The notes under the pieces are model-generated. The model made no database searches and was not told the origin of the DNA. It saw nothing but the letters and a program-made list of their open reading frames with translations. Shown piece after piece: positions 61,868 through 64,000 of a stretch of DNA of 64,000 nucleotides. The first letter of the stretch is position 1, and every line of letters begins with the position of its first letter. The position numbers were made by a program, and so were the translations under genes. The DNA is from Ginglymostoma cirratum (taxonomy: Eukaryota), in NCBI GenBank assembly GCA_024137785.1, contig JAHRHZ010000045.1:21251288-21315287 (forward strand), in the 5' to 3' direction.

Positions 61868-62243
61868 CAAGAACTGCAGATGCAGGAGTCAGAGACTCTG
61901 GAGTTTGTCCAGTCTGGAGCTGGAGGAACACAGCTGGCCAGAATACATCTGAGGAGCAGGAAAGTTGGAAGGGTCACCGGACCTGAAATGTTAACTCTGA
62001 TTTTTTGTGTTCTTCACAGATGCTGCCAGACCTGCTGAACTTTTCCAGCAATTTCTATTTTTGTTCTTGATTTACAGCGTCCACAGTTCTTATAGTTTTT
62101 ATTCAGTTTTTATTAGGAATGTTGATGTTTTGGGTCAGGATACTTCTTCAGAATTGGGTTGTTTCTGAAGAAGGGTCCCGACCCGAAATGTCAACTTTCC
62201 TGCTCCTCTGCTGCCTGGCCTGCTGTGTTCCTCCAGCTCCACC
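61868..62243. mobile_element. Neptune-pLTR inverted mini-element with a nested family B element (61968-62114)
   Basis: Arms tggagctggaggaacacagc and gctgtgttcctccagctcca; insert flanked by AGGAAAGTTG (61958-61967) and AGGAATGTTG (62115-62124). Confidence 0.75.
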
Positions 62244-62472
62244 CTGAAATTTACAAGGATTTTATTGTTAGCCTGTAACTTAGCACAAATGCCAGTTTCT
62301 ATCTTTCTCCTCTGGATCCTTTTCCTGTCGAGAAGCCAACTGTCCACAAGGAAAGAACACAACTCTTCATTTAAATAAACCCAGTCACCAATGAATCATC
62401 CAATAACAAACATTGAACACCAGGGCAGAAGAACTTTGCTCTTTTTTTAATCAACCTTTCCAGATGTGTTAT

Positions 62473-63112
62473 TGTTATGGTCCAGACCAAGCCCCCTTCA
62501 GATATATCAAGGAGATAGAATCTAGGCTATCTTTTATTTATGGCAAGTGGTAAGGTGTTGTGTTCCAGATATAATTCGATTGGTCATACTACTCAGCTTT
62601 AAGTAAAACACACTTTATCCTTACGCCTAGTTAAGATACAAACAAAACAAAGGAGAATTGGTATAGCTTTAGCTCTGTAGAAAATCTTAACAGAATAATA
62701 GATTATTTAACTACTAAACAGCAACTGTTCCAATACAGTAACATCTCATAAATACACCCTTGACAAAGGCAAATTCAGTAAAATAGATTGTCTCACGTTC
62801 AGTGTTTTTCTAGTCCAGGAGAAAGAACACAGAGAAAATTTTGGCAGAGAGAGAACGAACTCAAGCTTTTTGCTGTGGCAGAGAGAAATGAAACCGCCTC
62901 AAAACCCGACCAACTGAAAGTTAAAACCCTGGTTCTGTGGGAGCCTGACAGCTCCCATTCATGCTGTTTCCATTGTTCTGACTTAAAAAAAAGCATCACG
63001 AGCTGTTTATTTTATTGGCTTGGAAGAGACAATTCGGGCCCTCTGGCTCAAAACCTGTATTCAAAAAAAACCCAGGACAGAATACACCTCTTAAAGCTGT
63101 AGTATTGTCACA
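62473..63112. mobile_element. Probable solo LTR (640 bp) splitting a tRNA-SINE
   Basis: TGTTAT...GTCACA ends; the left flank atcaacctttccagatgtgttat and the right flank gtgggact...tcagaggt are the two halves of the SINE family seen at 6275; no clean TSD. Confidence 0.5.
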
Positions 63113-64000
63113 GTGGGACTTCCAGACTTTCTAGTTCAGAGGTGCAAACAGTACCTCTAAGAACTCAGCTCTTGCATACAAAGTCCATGTACAGAGCCCT
63201 GAACTTGCTGTGTAGCTGTTCTGTTTTGACCCTTAAGCAGATCTGCATTTCTAATATTGACATCAAGACTCAATAAGAGTGTAGAAAGTTATGAGTTGAT
63301 GGTCACAATGACAGATTCAGTGTAGCATATGATAAATTACTGTCTGTTCTATTGTTCTTGCAGCATAGTGAATGCAAACAACACACTGAATGAATAATGC
63401 AGTGTTTAAGTATTAGTGTATGTATCTTTTAAATTATTTTTCAAGCAATGTTACAATGGCTTCTTAGCTGTGTTGTTTTAAGTTAGGTAAAAATTTCTTG
63501 GAAATTAATGTCTACCCCCTGTTCTCTCTCCACTCGTGGTTACGTAGATTGAATAAATAAAATTCTGTCTTGTAACAACAGTCAGTAGTAACATGACTTT
63601 AACCAGAGTCATTGGCTTTTCTGTTGTGTTCTTAAAGAATACATAGAAATTTTTTCATATGCATCATTAGTTGCAAGGAATTCAGTTACTCATTTTTATT
63701 GATTATTTCTGATATATTTTTCCAGGTTTGTTATCTAAGCAATGTTGTCACCTTCAGTTGTGGAATTAAAGAATCATATTTACAGATATGCTGAGGTCAC
63801 TTGGCAAAAACATGAACAGGAAATTCTTTTGGCATTGTTTGAAATAAATATGACCTATTGAAGAGATGTTTCTTCCTTCAGTCTACTTTCCAGCCTTTCA
63901 GCTGCAGTCATTGCACAAAGTATAAACATGGATTCAGTACTATCAAGTCACAGAATTACATGGCAGTTTTACAAAACACCTTCTTTAAAGCATAAAAAGC

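Overview
Eukaryotic, vertebrate genomic DNA. The repeat families suggest a cartilaginous fish, probably a shark (inference from recalled repeat sequences). The window holds the promoter and most of ORC5 (origin recognition complex subunit 5) on the + strand: a CpG-rich promoter with GC-box, ZNF143-type and E2F motifs (~4620-4850), a predicted non-coding first exon, and 12 GT-AG coding exons (6817-54477; 1191 nt, 397 codons in one open frame). The last two expected exons were not found and presumably lie beyond the window. The introns are dominated by decayed retroelements: CR1 (one near full length), Tx1/L1, RTE, Rex1, L2, tRNA- and Deu-type SINEs and possible solo LTRs. The most striking structure is a Penelope-like element (PLE) system. 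It comprises Poseidon- and Neptune-type copies with inverted pseudo-LTRs and target-site duplications, minimal hammerhead ribozyme motifs in four different sequence families, and about a dozen 80-400 bp non-coding mini-elements made of pLTR pieces. Many of these have their own 10-15 bp TSDs, and two families are nested in each other. All calls are from reading the sequence; no searches were run, and repeat boundaries are approximate.
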